A stretch of 63,218 bases of DNA, filler included, from Reclinomonas americana ATCC 50394 (lineage: Eukaryota), in NCBI GenBank assembly GCA_048213135.1. It is 8 parts of 4 records of this genome, joined end to end, with 100 filler letters (N's around TTAATTAATTAA, not from the genome) between each part and the next. Parts side by side here need not be neighbours in the genome. Positions count along the whole stretch, not along the records: positions 11,687 to 25,975 come from PS015292.1; positions 26,076 to 29,772 come from PS015292.1; positions 29,873 to 33,085 come from PS015293.1; positions 33,186 to 48,490 come from PS015293.1; 4 more parts are not named here. One strand, written 5' to 3'. Position numbers and translations under genes: made by a program. Shown piece by piece: positions 24,801 through 38,924 of the stretch (position 1 is its first letter; each line of letters opens with the position of its first letter). The notes beneath the pieces were generated by a model. That model had not been told where the DNA came from. It saw only the letters and a list, made by a program, of their open reading frames with translations, and searched no databases.

Positions 24801-27800
24801 CTGTGGTGTATTCGTGGTTAATGCGTCTATGTCGTGTACGATGACGCTCGACAGCAGCCAGCCTCCTCACCCTCACGAACGGCGTCGGAGCACGGCAATC
24901 CAACAGTCTGCACGTGCGACGTGTATTTGGATCGAGTGCGGGTGCGGACACGACGCACGACGCTTTTCGGCAGTTTAGAGAACAGAAACAAGAAGCTGAA
25001 TACCACACAGTCCAACTCGGTGAGGAATCGATAAAGAGACATTGAGAAAAGCGGCAGTGCGCTGGTAACTTTGTGCGCTCGCTAACAGCACGGTAAAATG
25101 CTGGGATTGTGAATACCGCCAGCAGGAGCATCACAAAGACGCCGAGACACACAACCACCACCGTGAAACTGATGATTCGTGTTTTCAACGTCGCTTGCAA
25201 CTCCTGCAACAAGAGTGCGAATCAGATGAAGACGAATCACCATTAGGCGGCTACGCCTGTCAGCGTTATTACCTGTTGGAATTCCGAGCCGCGACCGAGC
25301 ACTGTCGTGTTGATCGTGTGCGTGTTGTCCATCACATATCGCAACGCCGTGTAACATGAAACAAATGGCACAGTGTTGCCGCCATAGATGCACTGCGCAC
25401 AGCACACAACGGATGGTCACGATCCGTCTGGCCGCAAACAACCAGACTAAACAAATAGAAACACGCACCCCTTGAATTGTGGCGAACGCATCAGCGGCCT
25501 CGCCAATCACGTCCAATATGTTGCGATCGGCAGTGAACGAGGCCTGGTCCTTTGGGCTGCCTGCCGAGTACCGCATGTTACAAGTCGTTTGCAAGAGTAG
25601 ATTTCTAACCGAATCCTCTTCGTACACCAGTGGTGTCCACATCTTGAGAATGGAAAACGCCTGCATTTGCAATGTCACCTTTGAAACTGCAGCTGATGCA
25701 CACTCAAAGCCACAAATATGGACGCACCTGTGCTCCTGATTGCACAACCATGCCAGCTAGGGCTTGATTGGCGGGACTTGTGAAATCGAATCCTGAGGGC
25801 GTAGTGACGATTTCTGTCATTGTGTTCGTAGCCGCACCTGCATCAGATATCAGGAAAGAATGAGCGTCAGCTCATGGCTTGTGCTACGCAGTTCGCTCAA
25901 CAGACACTCACCGTACTGTGCCAACGTGGACCACACAAGGATCCAGTGATATCTCGCCAAGCTTCTCACATTAAGNNNNNNNNNNNNNNNNNNNNNNNNN
26001 NNNNNNNNNNNNNNNNNNNTTAATTAATTAANNNNNNNNNNNNNNNNNNNNNNNNNNNNNNNNNNNNNNNNNNNNGCTTTGCTACACCAAAGCCACTCAC
26101 AGCCGCAGTGAGCGCGGCACCTGGAGAACCCGCAAGTGGCGACGTCGCAGTCGCCATCAGTGCCGGCGAGGAGTCCGATGCGTGCTCGCTCTTGGGGCTC
26201 AGTATGCCTCCAGGAGCGGCCAGCAGCGGAGTGGAGACGCCTACTGGGCACGCCTCATCGCCGCCGTCTCCGCCGTCTCCGCAGTCATCCTCGTCGTCAT
26301 CCACATGGACTTCAGGGGGCTGACTTGCCCAGCTCGCATCCAATTCTGTCAGCCGGTACTCGTTGTCTTCATGAGCTCCGTCCTCTCGGGCAGGCAATCG
26401 CGGTTGTGCATCGTTCTGACGTCCAAGCACCACTGGTAGATGCTGCAGCTGGCGAGCGAGCCACTCCGTGTCGCTCTCACCAGTTTCGGCTTCCGCATTC
26501 GCCGCAACGGGCGAACCGATCATCGGCGGACTCCACGACGCACCGCCTACGATTGGCCGTCGGGTCTGCACAGGCGGCAAGCTGCGCACGTGGGTTGACG
26601 CCGAGGGGCGCCGCTCAGAGGGATCAGCCGCATCAGGCATGGACCCGCGTCGCTCCATTGACTCTGCAGCGGCACCAGGTAGTGCCGCCTGATGCATCTG
26701 CTCTGGGATAGGTGGCAGTGGCGGTAGCGACTGGTCGTGCGTGACGTATTCTTCGCTTAGCGCCCCACCGGCCAGTGATTCGACTTCGCTGGCAGCGCTC
26801 TGCAGCATGCCAGGCAGTCTCGAGTCCGCGTGCGGTGCTCTGCCGGCCGCTGCGTTACTGTGTCGAGTGAAGGCGGGATTCAGCGACGGAGCAAGACGAT
26901 GAAAGACGATGATGGCCTTGTACGCAACTCTTGTCGCCTTGCGGTGCCGTTGCGGCGGGTTCGACCACGGCCTCGCCGCTTGTCACGCTTCAGGTGCGAC
27001 TCGGCTGCCGATTCTTCCTCAATGCAATCGGCGTGACGCGCAACGAGTTTGGCGCTGAACGAACTGCGCAGAGTGCCGTGAGCAACCAGAAAAACACAGC
27101 TACAAAGCTGGTGGACGCAACTCGTGGTCAATCTCATCTAGATACTTGGCGTACGCTCGCAGTACGATTGTTGAACCAGAAGCGTCGCGCAGCAATCCGT
27201 CGAGCAGCTTCCGCGATTGTGAACCATAGAGTGCTGCGCGTACAGCAATAAACAGTGGTCAACCGTGAGAAACAAGAACTGTATCCCTGCCGACGCGACA
27301 AAACTCTCACGCACCGAGCTTGCGTGTCACTTCGGTCATGCGATCCTCGTCGGCGTTATTGTGTGCCAAGAGATTCCAAAACTCCGTCATCAGCGACAGC
27401 AGTTGACCTTGAAGCTGCTTGGTCACCGCCACACGCTGTCGCACCGATTGCTCGAGCGATTGCGCCTCTGTAGTCGTGGCCAAGCGCTGCAATCGGTACG
27501 AACGAGCGAAAAAGTTGTAGTCCAGCGCCGACGAGACTGGGACGTCACTGAGCAGCTGCATGTATATCATCAACTAACAATGAGGAACAAGAACTGTGTG
27601 CACAGCTCACACGGTATCTGCAGAAACCGAACCGATAGCAACTTGGCGTCCACGGCGTAACGACTGTGCGGATCGGCAATCTCGTCCAAGTACTGAACTT
27701 GCAGCAAGTGGAGCGAGAAGGAGGCAGGGTAATGGTGTAGCGCGTGCGCGAATACGGCGCGTACGGCTGCCGGGTCCATCGTGGCCAGCGAGAAACGCAG

Positions 27801-29306
27801 GCGCAGTTCCAGCTCCAACTCCGACTGCGCGTCCTCCACAAAGAGTCGACAAAAGCCATCGTCGTCTTGTGTAACAACTTTGTCTTCCCATGCTTGCGGC
27901 GCCTCGCTATCGGGTACCTGCAAAGGGCGCACGCGCCCACTCCTCTGCGACCGCGGCGTCACTCACTCGCACCAACGTGCACCAGCGAGCATGCTCAACA
28001 CGTACCGTTGCGGTTAAACAAAAGGTGCTGATGGCGAGACGCCGCAGTACACCGCGTTCCCTCAACCTGATTAGCAGTGGTGCCACCTGCATGATGGGGA
28101 ACAGAGTGTACATGGGTCTTTCGATGGAGTAGCGTGCTCGGAGTGTATGCAAGTGTACGCAACGAGTAGCGCCGCCACTACGGCAGCCCCTTGTGCCAGC
28201 GGTTGCCACAAGCTCAGCGCAATACCCGAGAAGAACTGATGGGTAAACACCGCGGCCGCCAGCATGTTGGATGCCGAGTAGGCAAAGGGGAGAGTGCGCG
28301 AACTGCGAGTATGTGGTGATGGTCAGCCAACACGCATCACCATGGCAGCCACAACACGACGCAACGTATATATGGCACCCAGGGCGCCACAGATGATCAA
28401 GCAGGCCGCCTGTGACATCATACAAAAAAGGTGAGCAACAACAGGCGTCGACACGTGTGTCTCTTTGAGGCACTCACCGTCGCTCCGCTGCCACCTTGCA
28501 CCAGCTGGATCATGGAGCCTGCCGTGATGAGCTCCGCAACAAGCATCCACACAAGCACACGGCTTTGTGTCGGCACGTTGAAGAAGCCAGTGGGCAGTGC
28601 AGTGCGTCGCTGCATAAGTAGGGCGAAAACGGGCAGACCGAAGAACTGCAACGGGAGCATGCCGCCGACGAGCAAGCCCAGCGCGAGATACCACAACCAG
28701 GCAGATGATGCGGCATGCGCGGCCGACAGAATCACCGTCAACGAAAGAGAGAGGACCAGTGGCCAGATGGCGAACGCCACAGGTAGACCAATCGCCAGCA
28801 GATCGATAACCAATCGGGCACCGATCAACTCCATGCGAATGGCACGTCGCAAGGCGATCACAGTGAGCACCACACACAGGATTCCGGCCACCAGCACACA
28901 CACGCCGAGTGCAACGCTCAGCATCGTCACCGCCTGCAACGACATCACGAGCGAGGTCTCGAAGCGCGGCAGCAGCCACCATGACGACAGAACGAACACG
29001 AGTGACATGTGCACTGCCACACTGGCCGCCACGATCCATGAGGGGCGCTGTGTGTGGCACCGTCTGCGCGCAAGTGGCAGAGAGTGGTGAGCCAGGCACA
29101 GAGATTCGACGAGACAACAGAGAAGGCGGACCTTGTCTGCCTCCACACGACCTCCTCGATGGCCTCGCGGAATCCAGGCGCACTTTCACAGTCATCCACG
29201 CCAATGACAGCTGTTGGACAAGAGCACTGTGAGACGCATGTGTGTTGAGGGAAACGTGGAGGGGAGCGAACGCACGATGCAGTGGCCGGCCAACTGCCGT
29301 TTCCAT
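21811..29306 (-). CDS. TmcB/TmcC-like multi-pass membrane protein with PAS domain and class III adenylate cyclase domain (spans an assembly spacer)
   Basis: TM region with LPFAYSASN. TmcC-type [24 protein letters not shown] and [49 protein letters not shown]. Cyclase [55 protein letters not shown]. Continuity across the spacer at 25976-26075 is inferred. Confidence 0.8.
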
Positions 29307-29355
29307 CTCGCAAACCGCGTGAAAAAAATCTAATATCGCGCACATACAACCGTTT

Positions 29356-30342
29356 CTATTTGAACGTTATGGGTCGTCGTCGGTCGAGTTCGTCGAGCAG
29401 CACGCGACGATCGTGTACGTAGTGGTATCGGCATTGGTCGTCTGAGAAGCGCCATGCGCGCCCAATACGCCACGCATCGCGCGCACGAAGCCACTCCAAC
29501 GCGGCCGACTCATTCGGCGGCGGCGACACGAGCTCCTGTTCGCGATGACCACTGAGCAACTGGCGCACAATGGCCGCGGCCGCTGCTTCGCCCTCCTCAT
29601 CAGGGCAGTCACTGATCGCCGTGACAGCGGCGCTGGCCGGCTGCGACTGTGCGATCGTCACCACCGCTCGCAGCGAGATCCACGGACCGAATGTGGGGTG
29701 AATGCAGAGACCTGCGTGCGCGTGTGGGTGGGAGGTGAGCATGCATGCAGTGCAACAAGTGAGGGCATGTACNNNNNNNNNNNNNNNNNNNNNNNNNNNN
29801 NNNNNNNNNNNNNNNNTTAATTAATTAANNNNNNNNNNNNNNNNNNNNNNNNNNNNNNNNNNNNNNNNNNNNACCACCTGTGGACTGCGAGTAATACGCC
29901 AAGCCGCTGACATGCGCCGCGGTGCGTGCGGAGAACGCCTGCGCCGCCGGTCGCACCACATGCGCATACCGCACCTGCAGCGCATCACCACCACGTGCTG
30001 ACGTCGACACTGCGTGCTCCACAAACGCGTCCAGTGGATGCCGCGTCTGCGCAATCCACTGCGCGCCACGCTCACGACAAAACGCCACAAAGTGCGGCCA
30101 CATGGCGCGTGTGTTACCCACCTGTGGCTGTCATCATCAGCAGTGAAAGCGAGAGTGAGAGAGGATCATGAGCGAACCAGCACGTGCTGTTTCGAATTCT
30201 CCGGCAACGCATACGCGGCGGCCACTGCGGCCGGAGCGTGTCTCCGTAGCTCCGCATTGTACTGCACCGCGCAGAACGGAGCACACAGGTCCATTCCGTG
30301 CGAGGCCAGTCGCTTGCCGAGCGCACTCGCAGAGTTGTTCAT
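29356..30342 (-). CDS. MMACHC: MMACHC/CblC-like cobalamin-processing protein
   Basis: VGNTRAMWPHF..HPLDAFVE..AAHVSGLAYY..LCIHPTFGPWISLRAVV. The gene continues on both sides of the spacer at about 29773-29872. Confidence 0.8.
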
Positions 30343-30376
30343 GCTTTCAATTAAAAAAAGGCTTTTTCTCTTTTTG

Positions 30377-31864
30377 ATGGCACACCGGTGTGATTGTCGC
30401 AGTCGCCTGGCGAATCCAGTGCACACCTCAGCGTCGCGAGTGCAAGTCTCTGAGTTGTGCCGAGCGAAGCAATGGGTCCGAACCATGACGTCACACTGTC
30501 CCCGACTGTCCCGCTGCCAGCCGCTGCAACAACAAGTGAGTGCGCTGCGTGTCTGTGTGTCTGTTTGCGTGTGCATGTGTGTGTATATCATGCGATGCCT
30601 TGTGCGTGGGGCATGTTTTCGCGCGTGTTTGTGTGTTGTGCGTGACATGGGCAAACGTGGACATGCACCATGACAGCTCACTCTTGCTTGCTTGTCTGCA
30701 CACACGCACAGTATGTCATCGCCACCACCACCACCGCCTCCTGCANNNNNNNNNNNNNNNNNNNNNNNNNNNNNNNNNNNNNNNNNNNNNNNNNNNNNNN
30801 NNNNNNNNNNNNNNNNNNNNNNNNNNNNNNNNNNNNNNNNNNNNNNNNNNNNNNNNNNNNNNNNNNNNNNNNNNNNNNNNNNNNNNNNNNNNNNNNNNNN
30901 NNNNNNNNNNNNNNNNNNNNNNNNNNNNNNNNNNNNNNNNNNNNNNNNNNNNNNNNNNNNNNNNNNNNNNNNNNNNNNNNNNNNNNNNNNNNNNNNNNNN
31001 NNNNNNNNNNNNAGAGAGAGAGAGAGACAGGCAAGTTAGGGGAACCTGTTGAAGGAACGAAAGATGGGTACGACAGATTGACCGAGCGAGTGAATGGAAG
31101 GGAGAGAATGCAAGCAACAATGTAACAGAAATGGAGACAGAGACGACAGATGGAGGCAGAAAAGAGAGGGCGAAGACAACGGAGATGGATAGATGCAGGA
31201 GACGCAGACGAGTACAAGAGAGATGGTGGGCGGGAGTGAAAGAAGGCTGGCGAGTGAGGAAAGAGTTAGAATCGTCCGTACTGTGACGGAGACACGCAAA
31301 TGTACAATTAAACAACGACAGCAAGGAAGGGAGGTGAGCTAGTACGGGAGAGACGGAAGCCGAGAAGGCGACTGGAACCAATCGTGAGAGAGAGAGAGAT
31401 GGAGGGAGGGAGTAGGAATTCATTCAAGTGAGGGAAAAGCTTGAATGTGTCTGAGAGAGAATTACGGAGGAGACAGATGGCGGGGTGGGGAGAAATCAAG
31501 CAAGCACGAACGTGAGATGGACGAAAGAACGAGGAGGAGACAGAGCTTACAAAAGACAACAGATGTACAGAAAACGAGGGAGAGAGGGGAGGAGAGACAT
31601 CAGGAGAGTGAGAATGTGGGTTGCAGGGAAAGCGAGCGAGAGTATGGGTATGTTTTCAGTTGCTGACTCGCTGTTGTTGACAGACCACCGCGCAAGCGCA
31701 CTCGTCGCTCGCCCTCGTACTCGTCGGCGTCGTCACGCTCGCGATCCATGTCGTCGAGCCGAAGCCGCTCTCCGTTGCGTCCCAGTTGCCTGCTTTAAAG
31801 AAGCGATGCGCTATGGCTTGCTCATCCTCTTTGTCTCATTGCACGCAGACCGCCAAAGAAATAA
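30377..31864 (+). CDS. Protein with an Arg/Ser-rich C-terminus (SR-like), middle part in an N-gap
   Basis: Exon PPRKRTRRSPSYSSASSRSRSMSSSRSRSP, then GTTGCGT intron 31774-31848, then PPKK*. Upstream exon MSSPPPPPPPA. Start codon uncertain. Confidence 0.5.
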
Positions 31865-32163
31865 GATGCCGTGCGACGCCCGCTCTCTCTCTTTCTCGAC
31901 CTTTCCTTTTCCCCCCTTGTGCGAGGTACTGTTGCTATTGATCCCCATCTCCACACCCTCCTTTGTCTTTTGTTTTTTCCCTTCTGGTCGTTGTTGTTGT
32001 TGGTTGTCGTCGTCGTCGTCGTCGTGTTGGAGCGATCTCTCATTGCAATAAAGTGTGTGAAGGCGGGAGAGAGAGGACATGTATGCTTTGTCACCACCAC
32101 CACCATGTGTGTGTGTTTTTACCAGCATCACGACAATGGAAATGGAGAAACGAGTGGGAGGCT

Positions 32164-33205
32164 CTAGCGGTTGCCTGCACTCATCATGGCGTGCTGGAGG
32201 GCTTGGAAGGTGTTCTGGATGTCCATGAGCTGCGGAAAGGGGAACAGTAAGAGAAGGGTGCCGCGAAGCGGGCAGTGGAGAAGCACAACAAAGACAGAGA
32301 TGCAGAGAACCCCAGCAAGGACGCGCGCGCGCGCACGAGAGAGAGATCAACAGAAGAGTGCGATAACCTGGAAGTGGAGGAGGGGAAGACAAGCGATGGA
32401 AAGGACAGAAGAACGATGAGCAAAAAAGAAGCGAAGAAGACGAGAAGAAAGAGTCGCATGTGAGGCGTGTGCGAGGAAGAATTGCCAAAGGAGAGAAGGA
32501 GAGAACGCAGCAGCGGAGAAGGGGAGGATGCGAGAGGAGAGAATTGAGTTGCATGTGAAGCATTGCGGAAAGAAGAACCACAGAGGAGGGGAGAAGATGC
32601 ACCAAGAGAAGAAGGAGAGAGCGGCGCAAGGAAGTGCAAACAGAGAAGCGGAGGATGCGAGGGAGAGAAATGAACTGCAGAGATGTGAGGCGGTGAGAAG
32701 CAGCATGAAAGAGGGGAGAGAAGAAGTAATAAGCAACGGAAGGAGAGAGGTGAAACGAAGAGCAGACAGGAAATGGAGAAAGAGAGCTGCAGAAATGTGA
32801 GGTGGTGAGAAGCAGCATGAAAGGGGGGAAAGAAGAAGCAACAAGAAAGGGAAGGAGAGAGGCGAAACGAACACCAAACAGGAAATGGAGAAAGAGGGCT
32901 GCAGAGATGTGAGGCGGTGAAAGGGAGGAAGAGAAGAAATAGAGAGGCGAAGAAGAAAATGCACACCGAGAGAAGAGAGAAAGGACGGCAGAAGCAACGC
33001 AGGAACGGAAGAAGAAGAAGAAGAAAATGCACACCGAGAGAAGAGAGAAAGGACGGCGAAGCAACACAGGAACGGAAGATGAAGANNNNNNNNNNNNNNN
33101 NNNNNNNNNNNNNNNNNNNNNNNNNNNNNTTAATTAATTAANNNNNNNNNNNNNNNNNNNNNNNNNNNNNNNNNNNNNNNNNNNNCACACACACACACAC
33201 ACACA

Positions 33206-33254
<49 letters not shown>

Positions 33255-33264
33255 GCGACACACA

Positions 33265-33321
<57 letters not shown>

Positions 33322-33585
33322 CTCTCTCTCTCTCTTACAGACAAGTCATTTGCTCATTGTTCTCCTCACGCAACAGCCTTGACCATGATATTCTCCTGCT
33401 CTTGCGTCTCCAGTCGTATGCGGTTGCTCAACAACTGCCCAATCTCTACAACACACAAAACGCGTGTGTGAGAGAAGGCCATGCACGCACGTGATCACTG
33501 TGTGTGACACACCCTTTTCCAGCTCGCGCAACCGTCGCAGCTCGTCCTCGCCCGCCTTCTGCAACTGCATCAACTCGGCCGCCAT
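32164..33585 (-). CDS. PFDN6: Prefoldin subunit 6 (beta type); central exons lost in the spacer gap
   Basis: MAAELMQLQKAGEDELRRLRELEK/EIGQLLSNRIRLETQEQENIMVKA matches the PFD6 pattern RQKLEAQLTENxxVK. Probable last exon LMDIQNTFQALQHAMMSAGNR*. Confidence 0.65.
32660..33085. repeat. Degenerate purine-rich tandem repeats (about 115-120 bp and about 70 bp units) in a long intron
   Basis: Three copies of CTGCAGA(G/A)ATGTGAGG(C/T)GGTGA and two copies of GAAGAAGAAAATGCACACCGAGAGAAGAGAGAAAGGACGGC. Confidence 0.7.
33186..33333. repeat. Compound (CA)n/(CT)n microsatellite
   Basis: Visible dinucleotide runs. Confidence 0.95.
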
Positions 33586-33653
33586 TCTCTCTTATGCACA
33601 CACACAAACAACACACACAAACACCAATCGACTGACTTAGTGTGTTTTGCTCA

Positions 33654-34224
33654 ATGGACGACGACTGGTGCGACGATGGTGGCGACGATGAGCATGAGCG
33701 ACACTTGCGCGTAGTCGCCGAGCGAGCAGCTGAGGTAGTCACACACACTCTCTTCTCCTTCTTCTTCCACTGCTCACTGAATTGTTTTTGCAGAATGCGT
33801 TTGTCGATGGTGCGGATGCTGGGCGACAACTGGGCGCACAGGAGGGCTTTGAGGCGGGTTTTCCAGTGGGCGCACGCGCGGGGTATCGCGTGGGTCGGCT
33901 CCGAGGCAATGCCGCGTTGCGTGTTGCTTGGAGGAGGTGACAACTCTTCCTGTCAATCGGTGCTCACTCTGTGTGCTCAGTGCCTTGCGATTGCTTCGTG
34001 CTGGTGGTGGTGGTGGTGGTGAGGAGGAGGTTGATGCGTTGGTGCAGACGACGGGTAAGCGGAATCCGCGGTTATTGCCGCCTGCGATGCTGCAGGCGTT
34101 GGCGGCGGGCAGTGGTGGTGAGGCGGATGAGGGAGGAGGAGATGGTAGTTTGCGCGTGTTTTACACGGAGCTGCGGGAGCGTGTGGATGCGTTGTTGGAG
34201 CGGAGTGGGGTGAAGCCGGAGTGA
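33654..34224 (+). CDS. YAE1: Yae1-like protein (GxxxG-repeat Yae1_N domain; Fe-S/ABCE1 maturation)
   Basis: AFVDGADAGRQLGAQEGFEAGFPVGARAGYRVGRLRG. Two introns, one with a GTAGTC donor and one GTTGCGT (33916-33980). Confidence 0.7.
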
Positions 34225-34649
34225 AGGGTAGAGGTGGATGGGGAAATAGGGGAAGCTGCAAGGAACAACCCGAAGGCAGGGCGAGTCAACAAGCTCGAAA
34301 CGATGATCAACGAGGGGAACGCAACGCACAAATGCACGGATCACAGTGACTACTGCAGAACAACGGATACTCGAGCACACAACAAGATCGCAACAAGCAC
34401 AAGAGGTGTGGTGTGAGTCCCTCAGGCGCGATGATCAAGGAGGGGAACAGGCACAAGCTCGAGTACCCCACGAAGATCAGGCAGCGGGAATGGAGCAGAA
34501 CGATGAAACGCAAGGAGGAACCAGCACGAACGGAGGTACGAGCTGGGGTCCTTCGCCAACAAGCTAATCAGCAGGGACAGAAATGGAGCAGAACGACGGA
34601 ACGAAGAGTAGAAGAAGCCAGGATGCTCAAGGCTCATCCCCAGGCGCAG

Positions 34650-35350
34650 ATAGAATGAGAGCTGCCAAAGTGCTTCACCGAGAACCAAGGAAACACGGAT
34701 ACGCCACGAAGAACACCAAGTGAGCTCATCAACAGGCGAAGGAAGAATGCATGTGTACTCCAAAGCGCAACCCAAGTCCATCTCCGAGAACGAAAGAAGG
34801 AAGGATACGCGACAAAGAGCACCAAGGGAGCTCATCTCCAGGTAAAGGAAGAATGCATCTGCATTCAGCGAGCCAGCCAGAGTGCTACACCAAGAAGCAA
34901 GAAAAGAGAACCCACAAAGAATGACATGATGCAAAGAACACCAACAGAGCTCGTCTCCAGGCAAAGGAAGAATGCATCTGCATTCAGCGAGCGAAACTCA
35001 GCCAGAGTGCTTCGCCAAGAACCAAGGAAACAAGGATCCAACACAAAGAACACCAGGTGAGTTCATCAGGAGGAATGCATGTGCACTCCACGAGAGGCAC
35101 GAAACGCAAGCCAAGACCTTCACCAAGAACAAAGACAACGAAGAAGAGCTCATCTCCAGGTGCAAGAACGATGCATACACTCAGCGTGTGACACGAGAGT
35201 GCTCAGACCGAGGCCCTCGCCAAGAACAAAGGAAACAAGGATCCAGCGCAAAGAACACCAAGAGTGCTCATCTGATCAGCAGTCCAAAGGGAAATGCACC
35301 AGTCCATCCCCAAGAACAAAGGCACAAAGAACACGAAGAAGAACTCATCA
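34650..35350. repeat. Degenerate intergenic tandem repeat, about 110-bp unit, about 6 copies
   Basis: Recurring core GAACACCAA..GAGCTCATC..CAGG..AAGGAAGAATGCAT(C/G)TG near 34711, 34817, 34936, 35048, 35145 and 35253. Confidence 0.75.
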
Positions 35351-35467
35351 ATAGAAGCCCCAGACTGCCACACTCAGCTCAGCCCACTCACTGCGAGAAC
35401 AAACACACACACATTGTTTCGTTTTGCACTAACATCGCGGACTAATCATCATTACGCATTCTCCGCC

Positions 35468-35876
35468 TCACAACATTGTGCAACACCGCGGCTCCTCCAC
35501 ATACACCGTCGGCTGCCCGCTGACGAGCGGCGTCCCGGCGCTCACCGGCACCGCCGACACGCCCTGATAGTACACCGGCTGTGTGGCGTACCCCGGAGTG
35601 CCATACACCACCGTCTGCCGCGGCCGCGAGCTTGCCGCCACCACCGCGCCCGCAATCAGCGCCTCGCCGAGCAGCACTTCACCGGCGCTTAGTCCGCCGT
35701 GGTGGTGGTGGTGGTGACCGTGGTGATGGTGGTGGCCCCACCCGCCGTGGTCATGATGGTGGTGGTGTCCGTGGTGGTGGTGGTGGTGCCCGTGTCTGTG
35801 TGAGGCAGAGAGAGATGAGAGGCAGCGGCGGTGGAGAGAGAGAGAGAGAGAGAGAGAGAGGCAACGCGCACGTCAT
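35468..35876 (-). CDS. Small His-rich protein with a hydrophobic segment and a C-terminal CAAX box (CCTML)
   Basis: ATG 35876, intron 35796-35871 (GTGCGC..CAG). Protein MTHGHHHHHHGHHHHHDHGGWGHHHHHGHHHHHHGGLSAGEVLLGEALIAGAVVAASSRP..EEPRCCTML*. Confidence 0.65.
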
Positions 35877-36994
35877 TCTCCGTGCAGGTGCAATGGTGAG
35901 CAGCTTTCGTTCATCAAGCGGTCGGTGGAAATCCTTCGCGCTCTTGGCTTGGCTATGCGACAAACATGTACTATGAAGAGATCGCGAGCGAAGCGGATCG
36001 GTCAAGGGAATACGGATCCTTGTCCACCTTAGTGCACATAGGCTCATGTTGTGAGAACAGATCAGAAGAGAGCAGAAGAGCAGCGAGAACGGCAAGAGGA
36101 GAGTGCGAGTGACAGGTGAGATAGAGCAGAAGCGATTGCTGCGCATGCGGTGCGAATCCTTCGCGCGCGCGATCGCAGCTTCTAGCAAATAGGAGGACCA
36201 TGTGGATAGAACTGATCACAAGAGAAGAGACAGCAAGAACAGAGGAAAGCGCGAGTGATTGGTGTGAAGAAGGATCTTGAGAGGAGAGTTTGAGCAGCGA
36301 GAGAGGAAGAGCTGGCGAAGGAGTCGTCGCACCCGTCGTTGCTGTGCACAGCGGCTGCGATGATCACTTTGTGCACTTCAAAAATCTCGCGCGCAATCAT
36401 GCTCTCCGATATATATCGGCGCACATCTTCGCGCTTTGTGCATCACCCGCTCTGTGTGTGACACCGTTGACTCGTGACCGTCGTCACGCTGTCAAGACGA
36501 GCTCCGACGCAGCGTCGGAGAAACACCGAGAGAGGCAACCACTGACTGTCGCGCCAATGAAAAAAAAAACAGAACGCAGCGTGCGCGTGCATGAGAGTGT
36601 GCGTGTGTCAATGTGTGCAGAGTCAGTGTGTGTGTGTGTGTGTGGTGCAACACTGGCGGGAGACTGCGGAAAAGCGGACGGAGTGTGTGAGTTTTCTGAG
36701 GTGCATTTCCATGGCATTTTGGTCGCAAGTTGGAGGCACGTTGCGCGGCGTGTCGGGACGGAATTTAGCCTATTTCACACTTTTTTGCAAGAGGTTTGTG
36801 CGCCGACCCCACTACCCACACACTCCCACTTTACTTTTGCTGCACGCGTGCATTGGCGATTCTCTCTCCCCCTTCTTCTCCACTTTGTTAGTGTGCGTGT
36901 TGTCTCTTCTTTTTTTGTTTGCGTGTGTGTTGTGAGGGTTTGCCATGCTCACCTTCGCGCCTCCCTCCTCGCTTTTGTGCTGCAGAATCGCACC

Positions 36995-38758
<1,764 letters not shown>

Positions 38759-38924
38759 TCTGGAATGTAATCTGCGAAAAATTGTTTACCCTTCTCTCGA
38801 GCTCGCTGTCACATGTTTCTACAAAGTCTGCAAAGAAAAAAGAAGGCACAAACCGGCTCGCGTCAAGTGTAACGATCGCGATTGTCCGCTCTCCCAATCA
38901 TCGTCCATTGTCGTCACGATAATA

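Noticed and set aside
31811..33067. Long Phe/Ser/Leu-rich ORFs (418 aa, 282 aa; similar ones at 44105-44665 and 46625-47786)
   Set aside because: Produced by stop-poor CT-rich intronic low-complexity DNA.
34650..35350. CRISPR-like array
   Set aside because: Eukaryotic context, units are degenerate along their whole length, and there is no identical-repeat/unique-spacer pattern or cas gene.
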